Source of the DNA: Candidatus Kaiserbacteria bacterium
GTDB taxonomy: Bacteria; Patescibacteriota; Minisyncoccia; Phycocordibacterales; UBA2100
Direction of reading: 5' to 3'
NCBI GenBank assembly: GCA_016432285.1
Contig: CP066682.1
Location: forward strand, 439,072-503,071
DNA length: 64,000 bases
The position numbers and the translations under genes are program-made. Numbering within the stretch: the first letter of the stretch is position 1; each line of letters starts with the position of its first letter. The notes beneath the pieces are model-generated. The model did no database searches. It had not been told where the DNA came from and saw only the letters and a list, made by a program, of their open reading frames with translations. Below, one piece after another: positions 28,642 through 37,739 of the stretch.

Positions 28642-28796
28642 CATCGGTATACATTATTCACGTTCTTCCATATTCCGTTTTGGCACGCCATTACGGATTG
28701 GAGATTCTAAAGCCCTCGCACAAGAGCGTGGGACTTTTGGATTTATTTTGGGCGTAAAAGCCCTAAACGAATTAGAGATTCCGCAAAATACCAGTT

Positions 28797-29690
28797 CTAA
28801 GATTTTTGAAAACTCACAGCGATCGCAGCAATATCATCCGATTTTTTATAGCGCGGGTACTTCCAGCAGTTTGGATCTGTGTCTTCGGTTGCTCGAATGT
28901 GATCGCGCACTTTCGGTAACCCCCCTTCCAAAAATAGATTCACTGTTACCGAGAAGTCATCGTTCGCTTGCGGATCCTCTTTCGGAATGAGCAGGCCGTC
29001 AGTAAAAATAAGTATGTGCGCTACATTTTCGAGCGACTCTTTTCCTGTCCGAATGAACTTTGATACATCGGCTTGTCCATTGATGACTCCGAACGTTACG
29101 TTTACATCCTGACGAAGCTGACGAATATTGCCGTCCAATTTACCTCGAATGTCCTCTGTTTTTGTATCAGCTAACTCTTTCCAAAGCGACATAATTCCCC
29201 GATCATGGTCATAGTCATCTTGAATCAGTTGTTTAAAAGTCCCATCTGTATATATAACAATGACGAGCGAGTCTGCGACTTGCGCCCATTCAAATTCTTT
29301 TTCTGAATGGTTGACATCAACTACGGCCATCGTCGTACCCCATCTGTTCTCTTTTTTTGTTATATCGATTCCCTTGTCTTCCATGACACTTTCAATGCGT
29401 TTGTTAGCTTCCATCGCGGTTTGAGTCAGCGAACCTTTGAACGTTTCAAAGACTTCCTTAGCAATATTTGCAGCGAGATATCCACCGCTTTTTCCATGTT
29501 CGTCAACGTATCCTGCCCGACTCGATACGCCATCAAAAACACCGAACCGAGTCGCACCGATTGTCATTGCGTCTTCGTTGATTTTACCAACGCCTTTGTC
29601 AAAAAGTTGTTCTATATGCATATGCATACGCTCGTTAGGAGCAATTCGATCTCGTCCGGTATTTTGCTTTCCCTCGAAAGAGTTGGTCAT
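28797..29690 (-). CDS. PP2C-like (PPM) phosphatase-fold protein, low GC
   Basis: NEDA, GVFDG, GTT, QVADS, FTDG, DDIA motifs. Confidence 0.8.
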   Translation of the reverse strand: MTNSFEGKQNTGRDRIAPNERMHMHIEQLFDKGVGKINEDAMTIGATRFGVFDGVSSRAGYVDEHGKSGGYLAANIAKEVFETFKGSLTQTAMEANKRIESVMEDKGIDITKKENRWGTTMAVVDVNHSEKEFEWAQVADSLVIVIYTDGTFKQLIQDDYDHDRGIMSLWKELADTKTEDIRGKLDGNIRQLRQDVNVTFGVINGQADVSKFIRTGKESLENVAHILIFTDGLLIPKEDPQANDDFSVTVNLFLEGGLPKVRDHIRATEDTDPNCWKYPRYKKSDDIAAIAVSFQKS

Positions 29691-29893
29691 GGTTCGCCTT
29701 TCGCATCAAGATAAACTTTACCACTTGTAGCGATAAGGGCTATTTGATGAACTTTTTTAAGAGGTTCTAACTTCTCCCCGCAAACTGGACTAGACGCTCA
29801 TCGATTCGAGTGTTTTTGTGATTTCGGAAAAATCGAGTATATATGCCGTATCATCGACTTCGTGCAAAGAGGTTCTAACGTCATTCATTAGTT

Positions 29894-29934
29894 TCCACAC
29901 AGACGAAAATACCTGCCCTGCGGCAGGTTTTTTC
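29894..29934 (+). repeat. 41-bp exact direct repeat of the tRNA-Ala(GGC) 3' end and terminator (33534-33574)
   Basis: tccacacagacgaaaatacctgccctgcggcaggttttttc at both positions. Confidence 0.9.
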
Positions 29935-30063
29935 GTTGTAGGAGCCGGGTCGAAGACGGGTGACAGATCGCACAAAACGGATGTCCACAATACGATAAGA
30001 ATATATTGACAAACGATAAGTCCTCAAATAGGATGGATCTATATAAATCCATAAGCATCGCCC

Positions 30064-30549
30064 ATGAAAAAAAGTTCAACGATATTTCTTCAGACAGTCA
30101 TCGTACTCATTGGCATCGGCACGCTTGCGGCCTTGCTGTGGGAGCCACAGCTCGAGGGTAGGAACGTAAACGCCACGTTCTTTCAGATCTATTTCAATGA
30201 CCCATTCTTGGCATACGTATACCTCGGGTCTATTCCTTTTTTCGTAGCGCTTTGGAAAGCCCACAGGATCTTGGGGTACGCCGGACAAAATCACATTTTT
30301 ACACAAACGGCTGTAAACGCATTACGGACGATTAAATATTGCGCGCTCATCACAGCTGGTGCCATCGTGGCTGCCGATACCTTCCTCGCGATTGCCGCGC
30401 GCACCAACGGCGAGGACGCCGCGGGTGCCGTTATGTTGGGGCTCATCGCCACCTTCATCTCTATCGTGGCCGCTACCGCGGCAGCAGTGGGCGAGAAGCT
30501 TCTGCAAAAGGCCGTCGACATGAAATCTGAGAACGACCTGACTGTATGA
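30064..30549 (+). CDS. DUF2975 family membrane protein
   Basis: ALRTIKYCA, AVDMKSENDLTV C-terminus. Confidence 0.88.
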   Translation: MKKSSTIFLQTVIVLIGIGTLAALLWEPQLEGRNVNATFFQIYFNDPFLAYVYLGSIPFFVALWKAHRILGYAGQNHIFTQTAVNALRTIKYCALITAGAIVAADTFLAIAARTNGEDAAGAVMLGLIATFISIVAATAAAVGEKLLQKAVDMKSENDLTV

Positions 30550-31025
30550 AATTGAGTGGCATGAAGTACGGATCCATATTTTTCCTGAGAGTGGCCACTT
30601 TTCTCATGGGAGCGGTTGCGCTCGTGCTGGTCGCCATCTTTACCTTTGTTGTAATCGGAAAATCGGGAGGTTCGCCGTTTCTACCGATCCTCATACTCAT
30701 CTACCTGACGCTGATACCATTTCTGTACGCTCTCTACCTGGTGATCAAACTACTCACCAATATCGGGGCCGATCGAGCCTTCTCAAAATCGTCTATTGGT
30801 GCACTAAGGAGAATTAAATACTGCGCCGTCGTAATCAGCGCGCTCTATGTGGTGGGTTTGCCGTTCATGATACAAGTTGCGGATGCCGATGACGCTCCGG
30901 GCGGCGTACTGATCGCGCTCTTTCTTATCGTCGGCTCACTGGCCGTCGCAACCCTCGCCTCGGTGCTTCAAAAAGTTGTGCAGCATGGATTTGAAGAGAG
31001 ATCCAAAAACGAGCTCACCGTTTAA
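30546..31025 (+). CDS. DUF2975 family membrane protein (paralog)
   Basis: ALRRIKYCA, DDAPG, NELTV C-terminus. Confidence 0.85.
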   Translation: MKLSGMKYGSIFFLRVATFLMGAVALVLVAIFTFVVIGKSGGSPFLPILILIYLTLIPFLYALYLVIKLLTNIGADRAFSKSSIGALRRIKYCAVVISALYVVGLPFMIQVADADDAPGGVLIALFLIVGSLAVATLASVLQKVVQHGFEERSKNELTV

Positions 31026-31030
31026 AAACC

Positions 31031-31234
31031 ATGGCAATCATCATCAACGTTGACGTGATGCTCGCAAAACGGAAAATGAGCGTGACCGAGCTTTCAGAAA
31101 AGGTGGGCATCACCATGGCCAATATCTCCATACTCAAAAATGGAAAGGCCAGGGCGGTTCGTTTCTCGACACTGGAGGCGATTTGCAAGGCGCTCGACTG
31201 TCAGCCCGGCGATATTTTGGAGTACAAAAAGTGA
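31031..31234 (+). CDS. XRE/YozG-like HTH regulator
   Basis: VMLAKRKMSVTELSEKVGITMANISILKNGKA...CQPGDILEY. Confidence 0.92.
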   Translation: MAIIINVDVMLAKRKMSVTELSEKVGITMANISILKNGKARAVRFSTLEAICKALDCQPGDILEYKK

Positions 31235-31324
31235 CGGAAGAGTCTAAGCGCTCTCACGCTTCTCAACCGCCAAGGTGAATATCGGAAAGTGCGTTCGGCA
31301 AAGAGCGTGGTACAATGCGGCATC

Positions 31325-32281
31325 ATGGATTTTCGCGTCTTCAGCCTCGGTAGCAACGACGGCCTCGCGAAAAAAATCGCCGATTACATCGGTCGGCCGC
31401 TCGGCGAGATCAAACTAAAGACCTTCGCCGACGGCGAGCAGTACGTGCAGTTTCTCGAAAACTTGCGCGGCAAGCACGTCTTCCTCGTGCAGTCCGGCAA
31501 TCCGCCCGCGGAAAATTGGGTGCGGCTCTTCCTCGCAATCGACGCGGCGCGGGGAGCCTCCGCGAGCGAGATCACCGCAGTGGTGCCATACTTCGGCTAC
31601 GCACGGCAGGATCGGAAATCAAAGCCTCGCGAGCCGATCTCGGCTCGCGTCTTCGCCAACATCCTGGAGCGTCTTGGCGCGGCGCGCTTTCTTACCATGG
31701 ATTTGCATACCGACGCGCTCGTCGGCTTTTTCCGCGGCGCCATCGTTGACAACCTCCTCGCGCGCCGCGTCTTCATTCCTTTTGTACGCGAGCGCTTTGC
31801 CGACGCGATCGCATCGGACGATCTCGTCGTGGTCTCGCCCGACGTGGGCGGAGTGGTGCGCGCGCAATCCTACGCCAAGCGGCTCACGAAAAGCGCCGAC
31901 CTCGCGGTAATCAACAAGGAGCGCGAGATCCCCAATCGTATCGCCAAGATGAACCTGATCGGCGACGTGAAAGGCAAGATCGCCCTGATCGTCGACGACA
32001 TCGTCGATACGTGCGGCACACTCGCCACCGCAGCCAAGCTTTTGGAAGAGAGCGGCGCGCGCGAAGTGTATGCGGTGGCCACTCACGGGCTCCTCTCGGG
32101 CGACGCCTCGAAGACACTCGACGCCTCTCCGATCAAGAAAGTTTTCATCACCGACACGATCTCGCCCGATCGTACGCTCTCCTCGAAAGTCGAGATCGTC
32201 TCGGTGGGCGAGGTCTTTGGCGAAGCGATCCAGCGCATCGAGGCAGGGGAGTCGCTGAGCGAACTTTTTGAGACAGAGTAG
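31325..32281 (+). CDS. prs: ribose-phosphate pyrophosphokinase
   Basis: FADGE, PYFGYARQDRK, VSPDVGG, VDDIVDTCGT. Confidence 0.96.
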   Translation: MDFRVFSLGSNDGLAKKIADYIGRPLGEIKLKTFADGEQYVQFLENLRGKHVFLVQSGNPPAENWVRLFLAIDAARGASASEITAVVPYFGYARQDRKSKPREPISARVFANILERLGAARFLTMDLHTDALVGFFRGAIVDNLLARRVFIPFVRERFADAIASDDLVVVSPDVGGVVRAQSYAKRLTKSADLAVINKEREIPNRIAKMNLIGDVKGKIALIVDDIVDTCGTLATAAKLLEESGAREVYAVATHGLLSGDASKTLDASPIKKVFITDTISPDRTLSSKVEIVSVGEVFGEAIQRIEAGESLSELFETE

Positions 32282-32353
32282 GTCGGAGACAAACAAAACG
32301 CGCGACGCTGATCCAGCGTCGCGCGAGGCAGAGTGCGTGATCCCGTTGCGAAA

Positions 32354-32755
32354 TCACTTCGCCGCCGAGCCCTTCACCCGAAGCCCGGGTGTGTCCGAGG
32401 GCGCAGGAGGTCGGTAGTCGGCGATCTGTTCACCGTTGTCGATATACTGGGAGGATTCCGTATCGATAACCACGATCGTCCCGTCTCCGGGTTTACCCGT
32501 TCGAGCGGCCTGCCGGATGGCTTCGACGACTGCGCCGACGTTGCTGCCGCTTGCATCATCAAAGACCCGGACGGTTACACCCGTCATCGGACGGAAGTTG
32601 ACGACATAGTCTGTGCCCCGGTACTTCTCGACGTGCTCGGTATGCCCATAGGACTGGATCTCAGTCACATCGAAATGCTTGCATCCGATGTGCCGGAGAG
32701 CATCCCGTACGGCCTCAAACTTGAAGGGTCGGATTGTTGCAATCACCATTTTCAC
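32354..32755 (-). CDS. divergent PII-family signal transduction protein
   Basis: GTG start with AGGAGA SD; (M)KMVIATIRPFK, YRGTDY T-loop, ARTGKPGDG. Confidence 0.8.
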   Translation of the reverse strand: MKMVIATIRPFKFEAVRDALRHIGCKHFDVTEIQSYGHTEHVEKYRGTDYVVNFRPMTGVTVRVFDDASGSNVGAVVEAIRQAARTGKPGDGTIVVIDTESSQYIDNGEQIADYRPPAPSDTPGLRVKGSAAK

Positions 32756-32856
32756 GGCAGTTCTCCTTCTGCAAATGATCAGGCAACTTTCGTTGCATCG
32801 TTGCATTACACCACACCAACGTATCAGATACAAAAGGCCCGCTGCGCAGGCAGTAA

Positions 32857-32994
32857 GCTCCGCGTAGGCACTATCGTGTCCCCGCAGCAGGAATCGGTCA
32901 CGGGTTTCGCTTCGCGAACCCGCGACCCCGCCTCGCGTCGCTAAAGCGACATGCTCCGGCCTTCGATTCCTGACGCATTGTGTTCAAACACAAT
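32857..32994 (-). mobile_element. tRNA-3'-associated structured element, copy B
   Basis: 40-bp direct repeat (32857-32896 vs 32995-33034, 1 mismatch); inverted T-arm copy 32962-32972; core ggccggagc...gaggcggggtcgcgg...ccgtgacc. Confidence 0.75.
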
Positions 32995-33016
32995 GCTCCG
33001 CGTAGGCACTATCGTG

Positions 33017-33088
33017 TCCCCGCGGCAGGAATCGAACCCACATTACGAGCTCCGGAAGCTCGCGTCCTATCCGTTGAACGACGCGGGG
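33017..33088 (-). tRNA. tRNA-Arg(CCG)
   Basis: CCCCGCG/CGCGGGG acceptor; loop TT-CCG-GA. Confidence 0.92.
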
Positions 33089-33154
33089 AAGAGGGTCAGT
33101 CTACAAGATGAACGTAAGAAGTGAAGCTTTCCGCACGTCTGATATGCTATTGCT

Positions 33155-33424
33155 ATGGGAATGAAAACGTCCACCCTGATAGGCTTTGCCGTGGTGCTGA
33201 CGATCGTCGCGGCACTCATCCTCTCTCTCATCGAAAACTCGAAGCGCCAGGATCTCTATTCGATCAACAGCTTTGACGAATGTGCGGCGGCTGGATACCC
33301 GATCATGGAAAGCTACCCGGAGCAGTGTCGCACACCGGACGGGCGCACGTTCGTCAACGAACGACAGCTCATCGCGACAACCACGGTATCGACTTCAACG
33401 GAGAGCAGGCAGGATAATCCGTAG
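33155..33424 (+). CDS. small membrane-anchored protein with a two-Cys mini-domain
   Basis: TM followed by SFDECAAAGYPIMESYPEQCRTPDGRTF. Confidence 0.8.
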   Translation: MGMKTSTLIGFAVVLTIVAALILSLIENSKRQDLYSINSFDECAAAGYPIMESYPEQCRTPDGRTFVNERQLIATTTVSTSTESRQDNP

Positions 33425-33464
33425 TTTGGAAACGATCGTGCATTTGCTAGTATGGGCACCATCT

Positions 33465-33537
33465 GGGCCGTTAGCTCATCTGGTAGAGCGCATCCATGGC
33501 ATGGATGAGGTGACCGGTTCAAGTCCGGTACGGTCCA
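33465..33537 (+). tRNA. tRNA-Ala(GGC)
   Basis: GGGCCGT/ACGGTCC with G3-U70; loop AT-GGC-AT. Confidence 0.93.
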
Positions 33538-33576
33538 CACAGACGAAAATACCTGCCCTGCGGCAGGTTTTTTCCG

Positions 33577-33681
33577 CTGTGGGGACGGCCGCAGCGATGT
33601 CACGGCAGGAGCCGTGACCGCGAGGCGTGGTCAGAGAAATTTCCGAGCGACGGCGAGGAAATTATCTGTGACCCACAAAGA
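33577..33681 (+). mobile_element. tRNA-3'-associated structured element, copy C
   Basis: ctgtgg, then core cggccgcagcgatgt...gaggcgtggtcagag...ctgtgacc, then cacaaagac (resembles cacacagac after the tRNA). Confidence 0.6.
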
Positions 33682-33763
33682 CTGTCAGTATTACTTCTCC
33701 ACTTGCGATGCGGTCGTCAATAAAGTGGAAAAGAGGCGGCGCAACAAATCGGGATTATCCCCA

Positions 33764-34390
33764 TCAGCGCGATTGGCGCAAAAGCCGCACGACCGTCTCG
33801 TCGCTCGCCTGATCGAAATACGTGTAATGTGATCCCACTGCGCCCAGGTAGTCGGCCGGTTTTTCAAGCAACATCACTTCGACTCCCATCTGTTTCAATT
33901 CATTTACTGCCTCCTCTGGAGCAACAGGCACAGCGACCACAATTCTTTTCGCGCCGTTCTCTCTCGCCGCCTTGATTGCGAGCCGTATCGAAAGGCCGGT
34001 CGCAATGCCATCGTCGACCAAGAGAGCCGTTTTGCCGCCGAGGTCGAGTGCAGGCCGATCTCCGCGATAGGTCGCGGCGCGACGCTTGGCCTCCGCATGC
34101 TCGCGCTCAGTTTCGTCAGTGAGCCACTTTCGATCGATGCCCACTACCTGCTCCTCGTTGAAAATCGTGCGGCCGTGATCATCGACTGCGCCGATCGCGA
34201 ACTCGGGGAAGTGCGGGTGGCCGATCTTACGCACTGGCACAATGTCGAGCGGCAAGCCGAGCGCCTTGGCGACCTCGTATCCAAGGACCACGCCTCCGCG
34301 AGGCACCGCAAGCACGACCGCATCGCTCCCTTTGTATTCAGAAAGCGCGGCGGCGAGCTTTTTTCCTCCATCGTTACGATCTTGGAACAT
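33764..34390 (-). CDS. type I phosphoribosyltransferase family protein
   Basis: FQDR..GG..LA, AVPRGGV, VRKIGHP, LLVDDGIATG. Confidence 0.9.
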   Translation of the reverse strand: MFQDRNDGGKKLAAALSEYKGSDAVVLAVPRGGVVLGYEVAKALGLPLDIVPVRKIGHPHFPEFAIGAVDDHGRTIFNEEQVVGIDRKWLTDETEREHAEAKRRAATYRGDRPALDLGGKTALLVDDGIATGLSIRLAIKAARENGAKRIVVAVPVAPEEAVNELKQMGVEVMLLEKPADYLGAVGSHYTYFDQASDETVVRLLRQSR

Positions 34391-34495
34391 ATCTGTATAT
34401 TGTCCACTTTGGCAGTCACGTTTCTGATGGGATGGGATCCATAAGAACCGAATCCACGCATTCATTTCGATCTGGTCTCTCGCGTATCGTGGAAG

Positions 34496-35497
34496 CTACC
34501 ACAAACACCAGTTCAACAACCGGAAACGGCACGTCTTCGGCAAAGAAGTTTTCTGTTCGGCAGCCGGCTCGGCAAACGTGTTTTCCTGACCGCCAACTGA
34601 GGCCGGTGGATCGCTCACGTTTCGATTGACGGGTTCGTTAGATGAAGGTCCCAGGCGAGAGGATTCGGCCTCGGACGAATACGATATGTTTTGTGGTGGC
34701 GTATAGTGCTCCGGAACGCCACTCGGAAACGCTTCCGGATCGGGGAACCCTCTTTTCATCGATTGCATCAGATCGGGTGAAAGGACGGGATTGGCCACGT
34801 CGGGATTTTGATCAGGGGGATTCGAGGGCGTGCCGCTTTCGTCGAAGACGGTATCGTCCGGGTAATTTCGCGGCCACGAAGGCGGCACCACGACCTTTGA
34901 ATCAAAGTCTCGGTCTCGAGCAAGAGCAAGGTGCTTTTCGCCAGTAGGAATCGTGTCTCGCTCGCCGTAGTTTGGATACGACTTTCTCAGGATGTCCGAT
35001 TTGTTCTCAGGCTGCCGACCCGTTGTTTCGGCAGCGAAACTACATTCTCCCTTGAGATTACAATGGATGGTGGAGCATTTTCCTTGCGGGAGCGCGCCTA
35101 TTGCGGACCATTTTTCGGTTATTTTCCCGCGAGCATCAATGGACACCCTGACCCTTTTTCCCACGCATTTGTAATTTTTGGGATTGAGCTGGGAATTAAT
35201 CTCGCCCGGGTTGATCATTGAAGCGTCCGGTACGGCCGCAATGCATTTGTCCGCGAAGCTTACTCCTGTGCCGGACTGCGAACCTGAAAAGATACCCTTG
35301 ATGGCCAACTGCTTCGCCGCCGCGCAGTCTTCACTCGTAGCTTCGACCGCCGCAGCGAGCTGAGGCACGGCTCGAACATGCGCAATCGACAAGGCAACCG
35401 CTTGGACCCCGCCAACGACCAACAGCAAACTTGCGAACACGAGAAGAAATTTGTTCTCCCGTGGTATTTTTTGCCCGGTATCGCGCGGGTGCTGCAT
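34496..35497 (-). CDS. secreted or anchored Cys-rich hypothetical protein with Pro-rich tail
   Basis: N-terminal TM, six Cys in the N-terminal half, low-complexity tail ending CRFRLLNWCLW. Confidence 0.65.
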   Translation of the reverse strand: MQHPRDTGQKIPRENKFLLVFASLLLVVGGVQAVALSIAHVRAVPQLAAAVEATSEDCAAAKQLAIKGIFSGSQSGTGVSFADKCIAAVPDASMINPGEINSQLNPKNYKCVGKRVRVSIDARGKITEKWSAIGALPQGKCSTIHCNLKGECSFAAETTGRQPENKSDILRKSYPNYGERDTIPTGEKHLALARDRDFDSKVVVPPSWPRNYPDDTVFDESGTPSNPPDQNPDVANPVLSPDLMQSMKRGFPDPEAFPSGVPEHYTPPQNISYSSEAESSRLGPSSNEPVNRNVSDPPASVGGQENTFAEPAAEQKTSLPKTCRFRLLNWCLW

Positions 35498-35507
35498 AAG
35501 AAACTGT

Positions 35508-37109
35508 TCAACCCCACTCTATCGTCGCCGGTGGTTTATCGGAAATGCGGTAGACGACGGCACCCACCTCGCGCACCTCGTTGGTGATCCTGCGCGCCAC
35601 TTTTTCGAGAAAATCATGCGGCAACTCCGCGGCCCGCGCGGTGAAGCCGTTGACGCTCCACACTGCCCAGAGCGCGAGCACGCGCCCGAGGCCCGCTCCG
35701 TCGCCCTTCGATTCGGTATGCATGGAGTGCGTGAGGGTAGCGCCCGCCTGCCAGACGGTGTTGTACAGATTCGCAGCACGCAGCTCCTCAATATAGATGC
35801 CGTCAGCCGCGCGTGCGACACGTAAGGTTTCCTCGTTGACCTCACCCTCGATACGCACGACGAGTCCGGGGCCGGGGAAGGGGTGGCGGATTAAAAGATC
35901 TTCGGGTACGCCGATCTCGCGGCCGAGGGCGCGTCCCGTGTCTTTCACTTGATCGGCAAGCGGTGCGATCTCCGGCACCGAAAAGGTGATGCCGGTGTTG
36001 TGGTGCACCTTGATCTCAGCGACGCGCGCGCCGGTCGCATGCCCCAAGCCGCTTTCGCGAAGGTCGGTGTAGAGCGTGCCCTGCGCCACAAAGTCCGCAC
36101 CCCATGCTTTGATCCTCTCTTCGAGCACTTCCGTATACACGCCGCGCATTGCGAGGCGCTTATCGCGCATCGCGCTTTTGCCGGCAAGCGCTTTCAAAAA
36201 TCGATCAGTGGCGTCGGCAATTTCCAGCTCAATCCAGTCTTCGGAGCCAAAATACTTTTTCACATACGCCTCGTCGTCGGGGCGATCGATGCCGCGAATG
36301 TACACGCCTTTTATTTTGCCTTCGGTGCCTCGGTGCGCCTCTTTCAGCAGATACGCGACGACCGACGAATCGGATCCGCCCGAAAGTGCGATGAGCACCT
36401 TCTTGCCTGCGATCTCTTTTTTCAGCTCAGCGATCTTCTGCGCTGAGACGCTCTCGGAAGGGAAGCGCTCCTCGATGCCGCAGATATGAACGACGAAATT
36501 CTCGTACATTCTCGTGCCCTCCTCCGTGTCGCTCACTTCCGGGTGGAACTGCACACCCCAGAGATGTTTGTGACGCCCGGCCGCCACCGGCGCGTTGTCG
36601 GTGGAGCCGAGATTCGTGAGTGCCGCGCTCTCCTCGATCGCATCACCGTGCGTTTCGAGCACTTGTGATTTCTCCGGAATGCCCGCAAAGAGCGGATCAT
36701 TTCCTCTTTGGGTAAATGTGTGCACGCCGAACTCGCGCTTTTCGTGCGGCGTGACGGGCGCGCCGACGTGCTTCGCCCACATCTGGAATCCGAGACACAC
36801 GCCGAGCGTCGGAATGCCGAGATCGAAGATTGCGTTGTCGAAAGGGGGCGGCTCGTTGTAGACCGACGCTGGTCCGCCGGAGAGGATGATGCCGGAGGGA
36901 GCGGCTTTCTTTACATCATCTGCCGTTATGGTCGACGGGTCGGCGACGACGGCGAAGACGCCGAGGCGCGCGAGCTTTTGCACGATGAGGTGATCGAACT
37001 GCGACCCCATGCTAAACAAGAGGAGAAAATGGCGCGTCTTTCGGAGGCGCATCTCTTCAGCAATCTCTTCGAGGGCTTCAGGTGAGGCTGTTTTGAATAT
37101 CCTCAGCAT
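35508..37109 (-). CDS. guaA: GMP synthase (glutamine-hydrolysing)
   Basis: ILSGGPASV, GVCLGFQ, QFHPEV, LSGGSDS, RHPFPGPGL, KPPATIEW. Confidence 0.95.
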   Translation of the reverse strand: MLRIFKTASPEALEEIAEEMRLRKTRHFLLLFSMGSQFDHLIVQKLARLGVFAVVADPSTITADDVKKAAPSGIILSGGPASVYNEPPPFDNAIFDLGIPTLGVCLGFQMWAKHVGAPVTPHEKREFGVHTFTQRGNDPLFAGIPEKSQVLETHGDAIEESAALTNLGSTDNAPVAAGRHKHLWGVQFHPEVSDTEEGTRMYENFVVHICGIEERFPSESVSAQKIAELKKEIAGKKVLIALSGGSDSSVVAYLLKEAHRGTEGKIKGVYIRGIDRPDDEAYVKKYFGSEDWIELEIADATDRFLKALAGKSAMRDKRLAMRGVYTEVLEERIKAWGADFVAQGTLYTDLRESGLGHATGARVAEIKVHHNTGITFSVPEIAPLADQVKDTGRALGREIGVPEDLLIRHPFPGPGLVVRIEGEVNEETLRVARAADGIYIEELRAANLYNTVWQAGATLTHSMHTESKGDGAGLGRVLALWAVWSVNGFTARAAELPHDFLEKVARRITNEVREVGAVVYRISDKPPATIEWG

Positions 37110-37178
37110 TTACGAGCATCGTACCAGAAATCCATCAATCGGGCCACGTTTCAGCCTCGGGCGAGCTTCCTGTTGCCG

Positions 37179-37245
37179 TGTGGATAACTGTCTTGCGGTG
37201 GGGTATAGTGCTATATACTCTATCCCAGTGGGAAAAAGTGGTAAA
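37179..37245 (+). promoter_or_regulatory. dcw promoter region with a DnaA box and MraZ-type GTGG repeats
   Basis: TGTGGATAA at 37179; GTG(G) at 37198, 37208, 37228 and 37238 (10-bp phase); TATACT. Confidence 0.6.
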
Positions 37246-37247
37246 AC

Positions 37248-37691
37248 ATGACCAGCCTTCTTATCGGCGAATACGAGCACACGCTCGACGACAAGAAACG
37301 GGTCTCGCTCCCGAAGCAGTTTCGCGGCGCCTTCGGCAAGAAGGTCGTGATCACGCGGGGGCTCGACAACTGTCTCTACGCATATGCGCCGGGCGGCTGG
37401 CAGCGGATCGCCGAGAAGCTGCAATCGCTTTCGATCGCCGATGCAGATACTCGCGGATTCGCGCGCTTCATGCTCTCGGGTGCGGCAGAAGTAGAGATCG
37501 ACGGCATCGGTCGCATCCTAATCCCGGATCACCAAAAGACGTACGCGTCCCTCAAGAAGCGGGTCGTCTTCGCGGGGGTGTCGGATCGGGTCGAGATATG
37601 GGATGCCGAGCGCTGGAGTGCCTACAAGGCGAAGATCGACAAGCAGGCTGAGCGAATGGCCAAAAAGCTTGGAGAGATCGGCGCCCTCTAA
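37248..37691 (+). CDS. mraZ: transcriptional regulator MraZ
   Basis: GEYEHTLDDKKRVSLP, GLDNCL, IDGIGRILIP, DRVEIWD. Confidence 0.96.
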   Translation: MTSLLIGEYEHTLDDKKRVSLPKQFRGAFGKKVVITRGLDNCLYAYAPGGWQRIAEKLQSLSIADADTRGFARFMLSGAAEVEIDGIGRILIPDHQKTYASLKKRVVFAGVSDRVEIWDAERWSAYKAKIDKQAERMAKKLGEIGAL

Positions 37692-37739
37692 TTCCCGAAT
37701 CAATCATCCGTGGTTGCACGAGATTGCTGGAAGATTTAC

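Noticed and set aside
28644-33680. Prophage or complete integrative element
   Set aside because: No integrase, phage structural or conjugation genes; only scars and cargo-like genes.
37179-37187. oriC
   Set aside because: Only one perfect DnaA box, with no box cluster, DUE or dnaA; near-matches at about 2044 and 27040 are isolated.
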